From assembly GCA_013265495.1 (NCBI GenBank), contig MU058054.1, positions 124,001-188,000 of the forward strand: 64,000 nucleotides of DNA. The letters are read 5' to 3'. Source of the stretch: Vicugna vicugna (lineage: Eukaryota). Below, piece by piece: positions 1-12,495 of this stretch. A program made the translations under genes and the position numbers. The first letter of the stretch is position 1, and every line of letters begins with the position of its first letter. Under the pieces are notes generated by a model. That model saw nothing but the letters and a program-made list of their open reading frames with translations. It was not told where the DNA came from and did no database searches.

Positions 1-548
1 TATTAGAAAAATTTAAAGGTTGAAAATCAATTATGTAAGTTTCCATCTCAAGAAGATATTAGGAGAATAGCAAATCAAACTGGCAGTAAGAAAATAATAA
101 AAAAATGAGAGCAGAGATAAAATTTAAAACAAATATGAAATAGCAAAGATCAACAAAGCCAAAAGTTGGCTATTTGAAAAGTTTACTAAAATTGGCTACC
201 CCCTAGTAAAACTGATCAAGAAGAAAAAAAAAAGAGAAAGAAATGATCATTGTCATGAATGAACAAAGGATCACTACAGATCCTACACACACTAGAAAAG
301 ATACTTTAAAAAAATACTATGAGCAGCCTGATTCCAATACAGTGGATGGTTTAAACGAAATGAACAAATTCCATAAAACATACAACTTATCAAAACTGAC
401 TCATATCCAAGAAAATGAAAATAGACCTACATCTATTTTAAACAGTTGAATCCACTATTTTAAATTTTCTTACAAAGAAAACTCCAGACACAGATGATTT
501 CACCAGTGAATTTTCCAGACAATTAAGGAAGAAATAATACTCAATCTT

Positions 549-970
549 AATAAATGGATAAGGAAGTTGTGGTATATAGATAGAAGGGAATTTTTTCAGC
601 CATGAAAAGAATGAAATAATGCCATTTGCAGCAACATGGATGGACCTAGAGATTATCTTACTAAGTGAAGTAACTCAGAGAAAGACACATATCATGTGAT
701 ATCACTTACATGTAGAATCTAAAAAATGATACAAGTGAACTTATTTACAAAACAGAAATAGACTCACAGACATAGAAAACAAACTTATGGTCACCAAAGG
801 GGAAAGGAGGGAGAGGAATAACTTAGGAGTTTGGGGTAGTAGATTCTAACTACTATATATAAAACAGATAAACAACAAGGTCCTACTGTATAGCACAGGG
901 AACTATATTCAATATCTTGTAATGAACTATCATGGAAAAGAAAAGAATACAAACAAACAAACAAAAGGAC
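549..970 (+). mobile_element. Younger L1 3' end nested in old L1
   Basis: gaaataatgccatttgcagcaacatggatggacctagag...ctgtatagcacagggaactatattcaatatcttgt is a typical L1 3' end; degenerate TSD aaataa(tac)tcaatctt at 532-548 and 972-985. Confidence 0.85.
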
Positions 971-1186
971 AAAATAATCAATCTTAAAGTCTTCTCAAGG
1001 ATACAAAAAGATAGAAAAAGGTATAACACACTCAACACTTTATGAGGCCAAGACTGTGAAACCAAAATCTGACAAGGATATTACAAGAAAGGAAAAGTAT
1101 AGGCAATTCTTTCTCATTCTCATAGGGATGAAAATCTTCAGCAAAGTCTTAACAAAATGAATCCAGTAATACAGACATAAGCATAA

Positions 1187-1408
1187 GGGAGGAGAGAGGG
1201 TAAAGCTCAGTGGTAGAGCACATGCTTGGTATGCATGAGGTCCTGGGTTCAATCCCCAGTAGCTCCACTAAAAAACAAACAAATAAATAAACTTATTTAC
1301 CTCCTCTCAAAATAGAAAATTAAAAAGCCAAAAAAGAAAAAATAAAAGAAGAGGAAGAGAGAGGAAATTCTTTCTTTAAAAAAAAAATATATTATATATA
1401 TATATAAA
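1187..1408 (+). mobile_element. tRNA-derived SINE (camelid vic-1-like)
   Basis: A-box agctcagtggtagagc, B-box gggttcaatccc, A-rich tail; TSD aagcataa on both sides. Confidence 0.85.
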
Positions 1409-3239
1409 AGCATAATGGAATATAACAAAGAGGGGCTTATTCTAAGAAAACAAAAAAATGTTGAACATTTGAAAACCAACCATTTTAATTCACCACATTA
1501 ACAGAAACCAAAAGAGAGAAATGATATGATCATGTTGATAGAGGCAGGAAAATCATTTAATAAAATTTAAACACCTATTTGTGACACTAACTTTAATAAA
1601 CTAGTAATAGAAGGAAACGCCTTAATACGATTATAAGTATCTATCAAAAACCTACAGGAAACATACTTAATAGTAAAATGTTGAAAATATTTCTTTTGAA
1701 AACAAGAATGAGACAAAGATGACAAGGTAAGAAGAAGGAAAAAAATCAGGATTGGAAAGGAAGTAATAAAACTGTTGTTCACAGAGAACATGATGGTGCG
1801 TGGAAGAAAACAGCAAAGCATTCTCGGAAAAACTATTAGAATTTACTAATAAGTGAATTTCATTGGATACAACGTGAGCTACCAAAAATCAATTATATTC
1901 CTATATAACAGGAATAAACAAATAGAAGATGTAATTCAGAAAAAGATGCCAATTACAGTTACATTTTAAAAATAACAAAAAAAAAATCAGAACACATCTT
2001 ACAAAAAAAAAAGTCTACACTGAAATCTATTAAACGTTTGCTGAAATTAAAGGCTTAAATAAATTGAAGGATTATATTCTTTTCATAGATTTGAATACTC
2101 AATATTGTAAAGATGTAAGTTCTTCCCCAATCTAAATATGTATTTCATTGGAATATATTCAATGTAATTGTAATCAAATTGTTACGGATACTATTAAACT
2201 GATTCCAATATTTACAGAAATGCAATGATTGAGGAATAGCAAATGCTGTCTCGAAGGGAACAATTAATTAATTAAGCAATTACAGACAAATTACAAATTT
2301 AAATATGAAATATAAAATAAATAAATCTTCTGCAAGTTAACATAGAAGAATATCTTTATGATCTTGAGATAGGCAGAGATTTCTTAAATGAGGATATAAA
2401 AGTGCCAACCACAAAGGAAAACACTGATAAATTAGATATATAAAATTTAAAACTTCTCTTCACCATAAGACACTATTAAGATATAGAAAAGGCAAGCCAA
2501 TAGTGGGAAAACATACTTGAAATATATGTATCCAACAAAAGAGATCATCCAGAATATTATACAAGAAGTTTATAAAACTCCTTCAAAGCAATTGAGCAAA
2601 ATAAAAAGCAGATAACCCAACAGAGCAAATAGACAAGAGGGTTGAACTGGCACTTCCCTAAAGAGCATATTCCAAATGGCCAATAGATATATGAAAAGAT
2701 GCTCAACTTCATCAGGCAATGGGAAAACACTCATTAAAACCAGAGTGTGGCAAATTGGGAAGAGGAATGGAACAGGCTTGGCCCAGCTTAAATGTTACTG
2801 TCTCTGAGAAGCCTTGCTATCCAAGGACGGTACTTGGTAGAGTTTATTGTGCCTCTAGTTGATATTTGCCTTGTTTCTGGCTGACCCACATCTAAGTCAC
2901 CTCCATGACAGCAGACTTCACAGAGACCTGCGTGAACGAAGCCCGATCAAGCAAAACCTCACTGCTGGTTCCCTGGTTCTCTGCTGAGACACAGAGACAC
3001 AAGGGCAGAGACCCAGCGAGCACAGCTTTCTGCAGCACCACCTTCTCGGCGGTTCCTGCGACCCAGTCCCCGGATCTCTCAGGGTTCTGGTTCACATTCC
3101 AAGTCCACTCATCCAGGCTCCCTTTGTTCCTAAGAGTTCCCAGTTATCTTCTAATAACTTTCATTTCTTTCTTTCTTTTTTTAACCTAAGTGGATTGACT
3201 TGCTTACAGCCAACAACCCTGTCTGATGCAGCATTCTCT

Positions 3240-3450
3240 CATTCGTTTGTTTTCATTGTTGTTATCACAGAGTGAAATTGTTTTATCTATTTGTCTGCTT
3301 GGTGCACTCCCATACCTAGGAGTAAGCTCCAGGAGGTCAGGGTTCATACCTGTCTTGTTTTCCACTGTACCCCCTGTACCTAGAATAGGACCTGACATAA
3401 AACAGGAACTCAATGAACTCTAGCTGAATGAATGAATGAATGAATGAATG
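3240..3450 (+). mobile_element. L2 3' end with (TGAA)n tail
   Basis: gtaagctccaggagg..cctagaataggacctgacata..ctcaatgaa followed by tgaatgaatgaa, the diagnostic L2 terminus. Confidence 0.8.
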
Positions 3451-4241
3451 CCTCCTTTGCTTACTTTCCTGCTGTCTTGTCTGTTTCTTCACAGACAAGG
3501 AGTTTTCAGCAGCCATCCTCACTGTAATGTTTATTTTCTGTCAAGGAATTTTCAACCAATGATTAAGAAGCCTGCACTCAGGGAGCCGAGCTTCAAGACA
3601 GACCTAGGATCTAATTTCAGGATGAAAGATTAGAAAGCTGCCTCATGTTGCTCCTTCTCAAATATGCCCAGATATTTATATTAACCTTTTAGTTGCTAAA
3701 CAACCGTTTGCTTTTCTCTCTAACATTCTTCCATTCCACAAAGTAGACCATACTAACTTTATGAAATACCCATTGTTTTAGTGAACAAAGTTAAGCCATT
3801 TTTTATTTTGAATAAAAGCAAAAATAAAACAAAACTTTTATTTTGCATTAAACCATACATTTTTAGTTTTTCTGAATTGACCTTCTTGAAAAATGCATTA
3901 TTAACCAGTGCTTTCAGTCTTCAAAAGAATTGCAGAATGAAATATCAGGTAAAGAAGAAGGAAGAATACAGAAATATCCCAGTTATAACTTACTTTGAGT
4001 AGTCTGGTTTAGTGGCAGGAACTCAGTCTTAAGGATTAGGTATTTTTACTCAGCTTTAAAGCAAAATTAAAACTTTTTGAAGGGGGGCTTAGAATATGGT
4101 GGCCCACGCTCAGAACCATAAAAATAAAGTAGCAGATGTTCTACATGGAGTTAAAAAACTAGATCCAGTGATGGGTAATGAGAGGTTGTTATTGTTACCT
4201 ATAGTCTATTTCACTGCAATGAACCCTCAAAACAAAAATAC

Positions 4242-4765
4242 CTGTGATGGTCATTAAGTTTGTCCACAAATACCCAAGTGTTAGGAGGAGGATGTGTCAC
4301 TTCTAGGCAGAGTCATGGATCTGTGCTATACACCCACCCCCCACCCCGTTGTGATGATTGCGGAAGCAGACGCTGAATTGGGGCGGCCATAGCGAAGATT
4401 CCTGAGTGACTTCAGTGAAGAGATGGCCCTGCTGACCCACCCTGGACATTTTGCATAGGCAAGAAATAAACTTTCCTTGTTTTTAGTGATGGAGATTTGG
4501 GAGTTTGTTACTACCGTACCTTAACATACCTATCTGCCTTATCCTGGCTTGATCCCGAATTTGAGATGCTGCCAGAACAAAGACCCAAAAAGTGTCATTG
4601 GTGGTGACAAGGATGGTGAGTCATGTTACCCAGTGAAACATCTGGTGAAGCTGTTGCCTGAAATTACTTGGAAGTTAGATTGTGTACCTAATAGACTTCT
4701 CCTCTAGAAGAAGCAATTAGGAAGCATAATGTTAACCATATGCTTTGGCTGTGTTTGACAAGATT
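4242..4765 (+). mobile_element. MaLR MLT1-type LTR plus start of internal region
   Basis: aagaaataaactttccttgtttttagtgatggagatttgggagtttgttact resembles the MLT1 LTR 3' end; the following ctgttgcctgaaattacttggaag resembles MLT1-int. Confidence 0.65.
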
Positions 4766-4825
4766 TAGTCTTTCCTCAGTGTCCCTTTTTGCCTCCTCAG
4801 ACCTCCAATACCTATTAAGTCAATT

Positions 4826-5200
4826 GTGTTAGTTTGCTGTTGATGCTCTAATAGATCACCACAAACCTAGTGCCTTAAGTCAAACAACACAAATTTACTA
4901 CTTTACCGTTCTGGACGTCAGAAGTCCAAAATGCATTTCACTGGGTTAAAATCAGTGTCTGCAAGCCTTCATTCCTTCTGGAGCGTCTAGGAAAGGACCC
5001 ATTTCCTTGCCTTTTCCAGCTCCTAGAAGCTGCCTGCATTCTTTGGTTCATGACCCCTTCCTTCACCTTCAGAGACAGCAACATGGCATCTTTAAATCTG
5101 ACTCTTCTGCCTCCCTCTACCGCTTGTAAGGACTCCTGTGATTACATTGGACCCACATTGATAATCCATGCTTCATCTCCCCATCTCCAGATCCTTAACT
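4826..5200 (-). mobile_element. MaLR MLT1B/C-like LTR
   Basis: tgtgttagtttgctg..caccacaaac..acaacacaaattta..gttctggacgtcagaagtccaaaatg..gtgattacattggacccac matches the reverse MLT1 consensus. Confidence 0.8.
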
Positions 5201-5210
5201 TTTTTATATT

Positions 5211-5362
5211 TTAGGCTCTGAACGCCATACTGTGCCCGTCACAACTACTCAGTTCTGCTGTTGTAGCATGAAAACAGCCATTGATGATACAGAAACGAAT
5301 GTGCATGGCTGTGTTACAATAAAACTTTATTTACAAAAATAGGTGTGGGTGGAATTTGGCCA
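5211..5362. mobile_element. MER58A (hAT-Charlie) fragment
   Basis: caactactcagttctgctgttgtagcatgaaaacagcca..ggctgtgttacaataaaactttatttacaaaaa. Confidence 0.8.
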
Positions 5363-5589
5363 AATATTGTACTTGAATGAAGTATGGGCCTTAGCATGTC
5401 AACCCTATCCTGGATAAAATTATCTCTGTTAAAATACCCATGTATTTTCTGTTTTCTTGACTGATTCACTTTAATTACCTCAGAAGGGTGAAACTGGAAG
5501 AGGCTAATGAGGACATTATTAAAATTTCTGTATATTTCTCTATATTGTTTGGCTTGTCACAATTATGATAAATATATATATATATATAT

Positions 5590-5656
5590 TTAATTGAAGT
5601 ATAGCCAGTTACAATGTGTCAATTTCTGGTGTACAACATAATGACCCAGTCATGCT
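5590..5656 (-). mobile_element. Short lineage-specific L1 3' tail fragment
   Basis: ttaattgaagtatagccagttacaatgtgtcaatttctggtgtaca; the same sequence recurs at about 41.9, 48.4 and 50.6 kb. Confidence 0.75.
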
Positions 5657-6444
5657 AGAATGTATTACTTTTATGATGATAATATTAAACATCCAGTAAA
5701 CAAAAAAGTCTATTGTATATCTGTATATAAAAATATGTTTTTTATAATAACAAAATATTGGAAATAATTTAATGTCCAACTAATGCCTGGATTGGTTGGA
5801 TAAATTCCATATTAACACAATAGGCAGTGCAATGGTTCCCCGTTTCGCTCAGCAAAAATAAAAATCCTTACATCAGCTTACAGGGCCCTACATTTATTTA
5901 TTTATTAGATTTCTTTTTTAAAACGACTGTCCCTTCTTACACAAAGAAGGGGAATTTTTTCTCACTTTTATTAATTGATGTGTCTCAAGAGTCCAGGACA
6001 GTACCTCTCACATAGTAGGTGCTCAATGAATAATGGAATACTTTGCAATCATTACAAATGAGCTTAAAGAATGAAATTTCCACATTTAATCCTGTGGGGA
6101 AAATGTTCACAATATATGAAATGGGACTATCCCATTATAAAATAATACCTACCCTATAATCCAATTTTCAAAAGGTATATTTACACATGGAAAAAAATAT
6201 GGACAGGTAGATTCTAATATATTAAACAGAGGTTATCTCAGAGTATGGGATTTTAAGCAATTTTTATTTAAAATTTTTATTTCCTTCTATCTTTTCAAAG
6301 TTGTGTGTATAATATATTATATATGTCTTTGAGACACACACTTTAGGGGCCCCACTTCTGCTTCTCATGTGACTCTTTAGCTACAGAGGAATAAGAGAAT
6401 TCCTAAGTTACTGCTTTCCCCCATCCCAGACCGGCAAAGTGTGA

Positions 6445-6620
6445 TTATTAAGAACCAGGGCTTTTGGAGTTGATCTGGGCTTCGTATGCAAACTCTGGCC
6501 CTAGTGTGCTTTGTATCCTTAGTTCTGAATATCCTCCTCTTTATATGAAGAATCATTATACTACCTATTTCAAAGGTTTGGTGGAGGATGGATAAGAATG
6601 TAATCACTATGAGCTCACTG
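6445..6620 (+). mobile_element. MIR SINE
   Basis: ttaagaaccagggcttttggagt..atactacctatttcaaaggtttggtggaggat resembles the MIR core. Confidence 0.6.
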
Positions 6621-6740
6621 GTCCAAAGCTTAGCATCACCTTTCCCCCAGCTGACTGCCATATCCTCTTCTTTTTTTTTTTTAAACATTTTTAATTGAGT
6701 TATAGTCATTTTACAATATGTTGTATCACATGTCCTCTTT

Positions 6741-6876
6741 ATTTTTTTATTTTTTGAGGGGGAGGTAATTGGGTTTCTTTATTTCTGAATTTTCTTACTA
6801 GAGGTGCTGGGGATTGAACCCAAGACCTGCTACATGCTAGGCATGCGCTCTACCACAGAGCTATGCCTGTCCCCTG
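6741..6876 (-). mobile_element. vic-1-like SINE
   Basis: ggggattgaacccaagacc..gcatgcgctctaccacagagcta = reverse B and A boxes. Confidence 0.85.
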
Positions 6877-6982
6877 CAATGGCCTCTTCTTGTCTCCCTG
6901 CTTCTCCCTTCAGCCTCTTCTCAACCCAGCAGCCAGGGCACTCCCGCTGAAGCTCAATTAGATCCTGTCACTCCTTGTTACT

Positions 6983-7316
6983 CGGGGGTCAGCCAACTAT
7001 GGCTCTTAGGTCAAATATAGCCCGTAAGCTGTGGTTTTCACGTTTTCAAATGGTTGGGAAAAATAAAAAAATCAAAGGGGAATAATATTTTGTGACCCAT
7101 GAAAATCATACGAAGTTCTGACAGGGCACAGAAATGAAGTTTTATTGGAGCCCAGCTACACTCGTCTGTTTAGCAGAGTTTAATACTGTTTAGTACTCGT
7201 CTGTACAGCAGAGTGGCAGCTTAGCTTTTTGAGTAGCTGTGACAGAGATTATCTGGCCAGCAAAGGCTAAAATATGTACTCTCTGACCCTTTCCAGAATA
7301 AGCTTACCAACCCCTG
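6983..7316. mobile_element. MER58B-like hAT-Charlie element
   Basis: Termini cgggggtcagccaacta / aagcttaccaacccctg are inverted; internal gttttattggagcccagctacactc and ctaaaatatgtactctctgaccctt. Confidence 0.75.
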
Positions 7317-7379
7317 TTTTAATACACAGTTTAACAAAACAAAACTAACTATAAACCCTGATGGCTTCTATCTCACTCA

Positions 7380-7660
7380 AATGTTACTTTTCCCAAGGAG
7401 ACCAGCTGGACCATCTATCTGATATTCAAGCCCCCTCTGTCCCTCCCTACAGTGGGCACTCCTGATCCATCTAACCCAGCCCTAATCTTTTCCACAGTAA
7501 TTGTCATCTTCTAATGCTCCACTTAATTTACTTATTTGTACATCTGCGGGCCTGTCTCTTCCACCAGAATTAAATCTCCTCCAGGGCAGGGATTTTTGTC
7601 CATGGAAGGCTCCCAGCACTTCCAACTAAAACAAATGTGCGGAAGGAATAAATGAAATAA
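7380..7660 (+). mobile_element. L2 3' fragment
   Basis: cctgtctcttccaccagaattaaatctcctccagggcagggatttttgtc. Confidence 0.6.
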
Positions 7661-9249
7661 AAGAAAACACAGCATTAAGCGCTGTGGCTAGACCATAGCA
7701 AGTGCGTCAAAGCCCCTGTCACTGTTTTCATTATTACAGATTGATTGGCAATATGTATCAAGTATCTGACATAAAACAAACTTGTAAGAGATTTTAATTT
7801 CCTTCCCTTCCCATTATATCTCTTACAGTACTTTGAAAAATGCCTTATCAGTACTAAGCACTCACTACTCTGGTGGCTTTTTGCTCATGGCCATGCCCTT
7901 CCCCACCAAGCCAAAGACTGGGACTCAAATCCTTGTCCTTCTCCACTTCCCAAATCTCAGCGCTGGGGCTCTGTGACCAGGCGGAAAGTATGCCTGTGAC
8001 TGCAGGGATGCTAATGGCCCCCGCCTTGCCAGACCTGCCTGAACTACTGTGGACTGTGCTGTGGAGAATTCTGACTCTGGCACCAACCTTTGAAAGACTA
8101 TTGGAATGCAAAACACTTAGGAGGTTATGGATGCTTGTCCTGAAGATAAAACTGTTATAAAGTCTCCAGGCTCTGGAAAAAAACCTGGCTGTGTAATCAG
8201 CATGGCTTGGCTTTGTTTAAATAAGAGTGTTTGAGGAATGTGTTCAAGACTGTTTAAACTCAGATCATGTAAATTCTAAAGAATTTAAAAAAATAAGGGT
8301 AAACACTTAAATGATTTTAAAGATTAGCAACACAGGAGATGGCATAACTCGCATAGCCTCCACCGCTGGTTCTGAGGAACAAGTCATTCTATGGGGAATG
8401 TCTGGGAAAGACAAAGGGAGGGGTTGGGGAGCCCATCCATAGGTGTGCAATGAGGTCATGCATCCTGGATTTCCTGGGGGGCACGCTCAATATCAAATCT
8501 TCTGGCATTAGCAGACAGCATATCTTGGATTTTTATTTCTGAAAATATGGCCACCATTTTAATCTTTTGAGATCATCTACTCCGACAGCCTTATTTTACA
8601 AAGAATAACATGAAGCCCAGAGAGGGACTCACCAAAGCTATGCAGAGTTCCTGGCACATAAGTGCTGGCTAAATATTTGCCAGCTGACTACAAATCAGGC
8701 CAATGACTTGCTTAAAAGAAGTCACAGAGTTAGAATGAGTCCTTAGGCCCTGGAGACCTTCAAGCCATCAAGTTCTCGGCCAAAACCAACCACCGCAGAG
8801 AGAGTATTAGCAGCCACAGTTCGTTCAGGCAGGTGGGTCTGGGGTTAAATGAGCTCCTGCAACCTTGTTGGGGCCTCTGGGCGCCAGTTAACATATTTCA
8901 TGAACGCCTATCTCACTGGAAGCACATGACGTCATTCTTATGGAAACTTCTGAGAAAGCTGTCTTGCTCTGAGTCTGGAAGCTGGGCAACCTGTGTCCCC
9001 ATCTGACTAGATAGAGGCAAAGGCCCCGGTCAATGGTGGCCATCTTTAGGGACTGGAAATGGGGGAAGGCTGCAGGGTGCCAGGCACGAGAACTCTGACA
9101 GATACCTTCTCTCCTCTACCCCAGAGTGACCAGTGGACCCACGAGAACTACTCTTTAGGGGACAGTCAGACAGATGATGTAGGGGACGCTGTGATGTCCT
9201 TTACAACTGAAACGCAGGCATTATTGGCTATTCACAGCCCACCCTTCTC

Positions 9250-9546
9250 CTAGACTTACCCTCAGCCATTATACCCCTTCCTCAGGAGCAGGCAGCATCG
9301 AAAGCCTAGAAGGAGTATAAAGGCCTGGCCTCATTGCCTCGGTTTGAAGCATGTCTGAAAGGCCACCCCAGCTCCAGATCTCCCCCTGGGGTTGGCTAAG
9401 GCCTTTGTACTGATGACACTGAAGTCCAGCTCCTCCCTTGTCTCGCATTCCTCACAGGCGCTGATTCTGAGAGTTCTTCCCAATAAAGTTCCTGCTTACA
9501 AATATCCACCTCAGAAGCCTTTTCCTTGGGAATTCATTCCACAACC
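9250..9546 (+). mobile_element. ERVL LTR16-like LTR
   Basis: aaaggcctggcc..ggccaccccagctccagatctcccc..cccaataaagttcctgc..cctcagaagcc resembles the LTR16 3' half. Confidence 0.65.
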
Positions 9547-9720
9547 GGGGGAAGGAGATAGTGGAACAGAAGCCTGGACACCATCAGAGAAGGCAGTGGA
9601 CAAAATGCGTGAGGTAGCCAACACTATGGCCTCACAGAAACCATTCAGAAGTCAGGAGCTCCAGGTAAGAGGAGGGAAGAAAAGCTGAAAGAGCTCACAT
9701 CACCTTCTCAATGCATTCTT

Positions 9721-9842
9721 CAATTTTTATTTTTTGGTGGGGAGGTAATTAGGTTATTTACTTATTTTAATGGCGGTACTGGGGATTGAACCCAGGACCT
9801 CCTGCATGCTAAGCATGTGCTGTACCACTGAGCTACACCCAC
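9721..9842 (-). mobile_element. vic-1-like SINE with perfect TSD
   Basis: Reverse A/B boxes; direct repeat ccttctcaatgcattctt at 9703-9720 and 9843-9860. Confidence 0.9.
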
Positions 9843-11859
9843 CCTTCTCAATGCATTCTTAAAACTGGTTAAAGTAACCTGAATTGTCTGCTTTCCCTTC
9901 AACAGGAAAGAGCCTTAGGACCACACTTGTCTGGGCATCCGCCTTGTGTCTTTACTGTTTGTGTACTTCCTGCTTTGACCCTGGGACCATGTGACCAGGA
10001 CACTCTGCCCACATCCATCAGCCTCTCCCTTTGAGGAACTGGCCAGTATTCTCTAAACCCCCAACTTCTGGCTGCCGTTTTGTTCTGAATCAACTGATGA
10101 CCCAGAACTGAGGTGCTTCCGCCTGTCTGACTCTGAGTACTGCGTGTCCCTTCGGACACTGTCCTGGACTGCGGCCAGCTCCCCTGGGGGCTAGTCTGAT
10201 GGCAGGGTCATTTTCCCTAGCTCCAAACCCTCAGGCTCTGGCTCCCCTTCCCTCCCCATTACCCTATGATGTTGAGGGTACAGCCAAGTACACTCAGTTT
10301 CTATAATCTCCTTTTCCTTTTTGGCTTTAGTTTCACCTCTAAGAAAATACAGACATGACTTGTTACAATTTTATTTTTTCTTCTCCTTTCTTGCCCTCTT
10401 GGTCTGCATGTTTCATCCTTTAGCAAGAGACATTCTTCAGCTTTAAAAATTCATTAGGTCAGAACTAAGGGTTATGGAGAACATCTAACTGGTAGAATAA
10501 AATGTTCACATTGAGTCTGAAATACTAGCACCGGTATTTCTTGTAACATAGAAGTTGACAGATTGTAAACAGTTGCTTTCAAAATGGATTTATTTACTTA
10601 TTTTTTAAATGTTAGTATGCAAAATTTTAAACTTACACGAAATTGTGCAATGAAACCTCATGTACCCATCATCCAGCCTAATCTAAAATGTACACATTTA
10701 TTTTTACAATGTTCAGTGCAGTCAGTAGATGATGAATCAACTAATTTCCTTGCAAGATAACTCAAGGTCAACCTAAAATGACAACTTTGTGTGATTTTTG
10801 TGATTACTTTGTGTGAGTGACCGGTGCATTTGTGAATCCCACGTTGAATTTGTTGGCAGAAAAGAGTGATTCTTTTTCTACACATCTCTTGACTTTATCC
10901 CCTGGATCTGCACCCTACTTCTGTGGTTCATGGGCCTCAGTCATCTCTTGCCTCTGTAACTAGATTTCTATATTTTCAGATTTTAATATTCTATCAGTCC
11001 CTCCCACCCCCTAGATTTGTTTCTCTCTAGTCCTCCCATTCGAACAGAGTATCACCTCTGAACTACGAAACCTTGAGAAAGGTCTGAGGCAGAGCAGAAA
11101 GCAGAAGCGAGCAAAGCTTTATGGTTTTTGTTTTCCCCAAACCCAAGGAGCTTGAGGGAAAATTAGAGGGTTTGTAAAGGAGAGAAAGGAAGAAGGCTAT
11201 TTGGAGGTGTAGATAGTGTTTAGGGGCAAAAATAGAGTTCCTTGGTGGGGGAGGTCCCTGAGCCACTGGTTCTAATTCCTGGGAAGCACCAAGCCCCCAG
11301 TGGGGAGCGGCTACTGGCTGCATCCAGGCGGGGTGACTATAAGCAGACTCACAAAAGATGCCTGAATCCCCACTGTGGCACAAAGATAACAGAACTGCTG
11401 GGCCTAAAGGGACCATGTGGGCAGGGCCAATGGGTGTCTCAGTAGTACCACGTTTCTGGTAGGAGCACGTTGCTGCCCACCCCCATCTTGGCACTGGGGG
11501 AGACCCTGGAGCTGTGTGGCACTACTCTTGCTGGTGAAGCAGGGAAGAACTCAGTTTCAAGTCTCAACGGGATGGCCCTGGAGGCAGTTAAATAACTTGC
11601 CCACATTTATACATCTGCTAACGCATGGCAGAGCTGGTAATGAAGGCCAGGTCTGTCAGTTACCAAAACCCTCTTCCCACCACCACTACCTCTATTACTC
11701 TTCAGAATTGCAGAAATTCAGTGCCTTAATACCTCCATCAGCCCCCTGAGGAGTAAGTGATTGATACCCCTTTGCCCCAGAGGCATTATGGGTGTATCAG
11801 ATGCCCTTTCGGGTGACCCCTCTCCTGAGGCAGCTGTTGGGGGGTAAGGAGCTTAGGCT

Positions 11860-12010
11860 GGCACAGCCTTAGATTCCCTAAGACTCACTGAGCCATGTGA
11901 TGATGCCCGGTCTCAGGCTCCTCATCTGTGAAATGGAGCCGCAACACCTACATCATAGGACTCCTGGTGAGCAAGAGATAAAGGTGATCATGAAATGTGC
12001 TGTAACAGAT
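11860..12010 (+). mobile_element. MIR SINE
   Basis: tctcaggctcctcatctgtgaaatggag core. Confidence 0.6.
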
Positions 12011-12349
12011 GTCTGGGTCTAGGAGTAAGATCAGGACGTTCACACATAATAACCACACCCCGAGGCCTGCTGGACCTTCAAGGGCAGCTCTGTTCCTGGA
12101 GGCTGAGCTCTCTGGCATGTCAGCCTCTGCAGAGCCCCTTTCCTGGAACATCTTGCTCCACGCTCCCCTCCCTTTACAAACTCCGACTGATCTGGCCTCC
12201 ATGAAAAGTGTCACCTCCCCTGAAGGCCCTTCCTGGACTACACCCCACCCAAATGTCTGGGTGACACAGCCCTTCTCTGGGCAGTCCCTCCACGCATGCA
12301 TTGCCCCTTTAGCGCTGAAATTCACCAGCCCATCAGCCCTTGCCTCTTC

Positions 12350-12495
12350 CTCTGCAGCCGCCCTCTCCAGCCAAACTAGCAAGCTAGCTCCTGGAGCATG
12401 GGGCCGTGTCTTGTTTCTCATTGTATTTCTAAGGTCTAGAACAGGGCCTCACATTTAATAGACACTCAAAATTTCAAAATTTGTTCAGTGAAGGA
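12350..12495 (+). mobile_element. L2 3' fragment
   Basis: gctcctggagcatggggccgtgtcttgtttctcattgtatttct..tctagaacagggcctcacat..acactcaa. Confidence 0.65.

Larger units (their letters stand above)
1..2750 (+). mobile_element. Old, degraded LINE-1 ORF2 fragment (interrupted by two younger insertions)
   Basis: Frameshifted ORF2-like peptides: KINKAKSWLFEK, ITTDPT, PDTDDFTSEF, FYEAK..KPKSDKDITRKEKYR, IHHINR, MIMLIEAGKSFNKI; strongly A-rich sense strand. Confidence 0.9.

Noticed and set aside
11063..12458. Overlapping 110-157 aa ORFs on both strands (also 57150-57644 and 59940-60419)
   Set aside because: No recognisable domain, and several overlap MIR, L2 or LTR remnants; consistent with chance ORFs in locally GC-richer DNA
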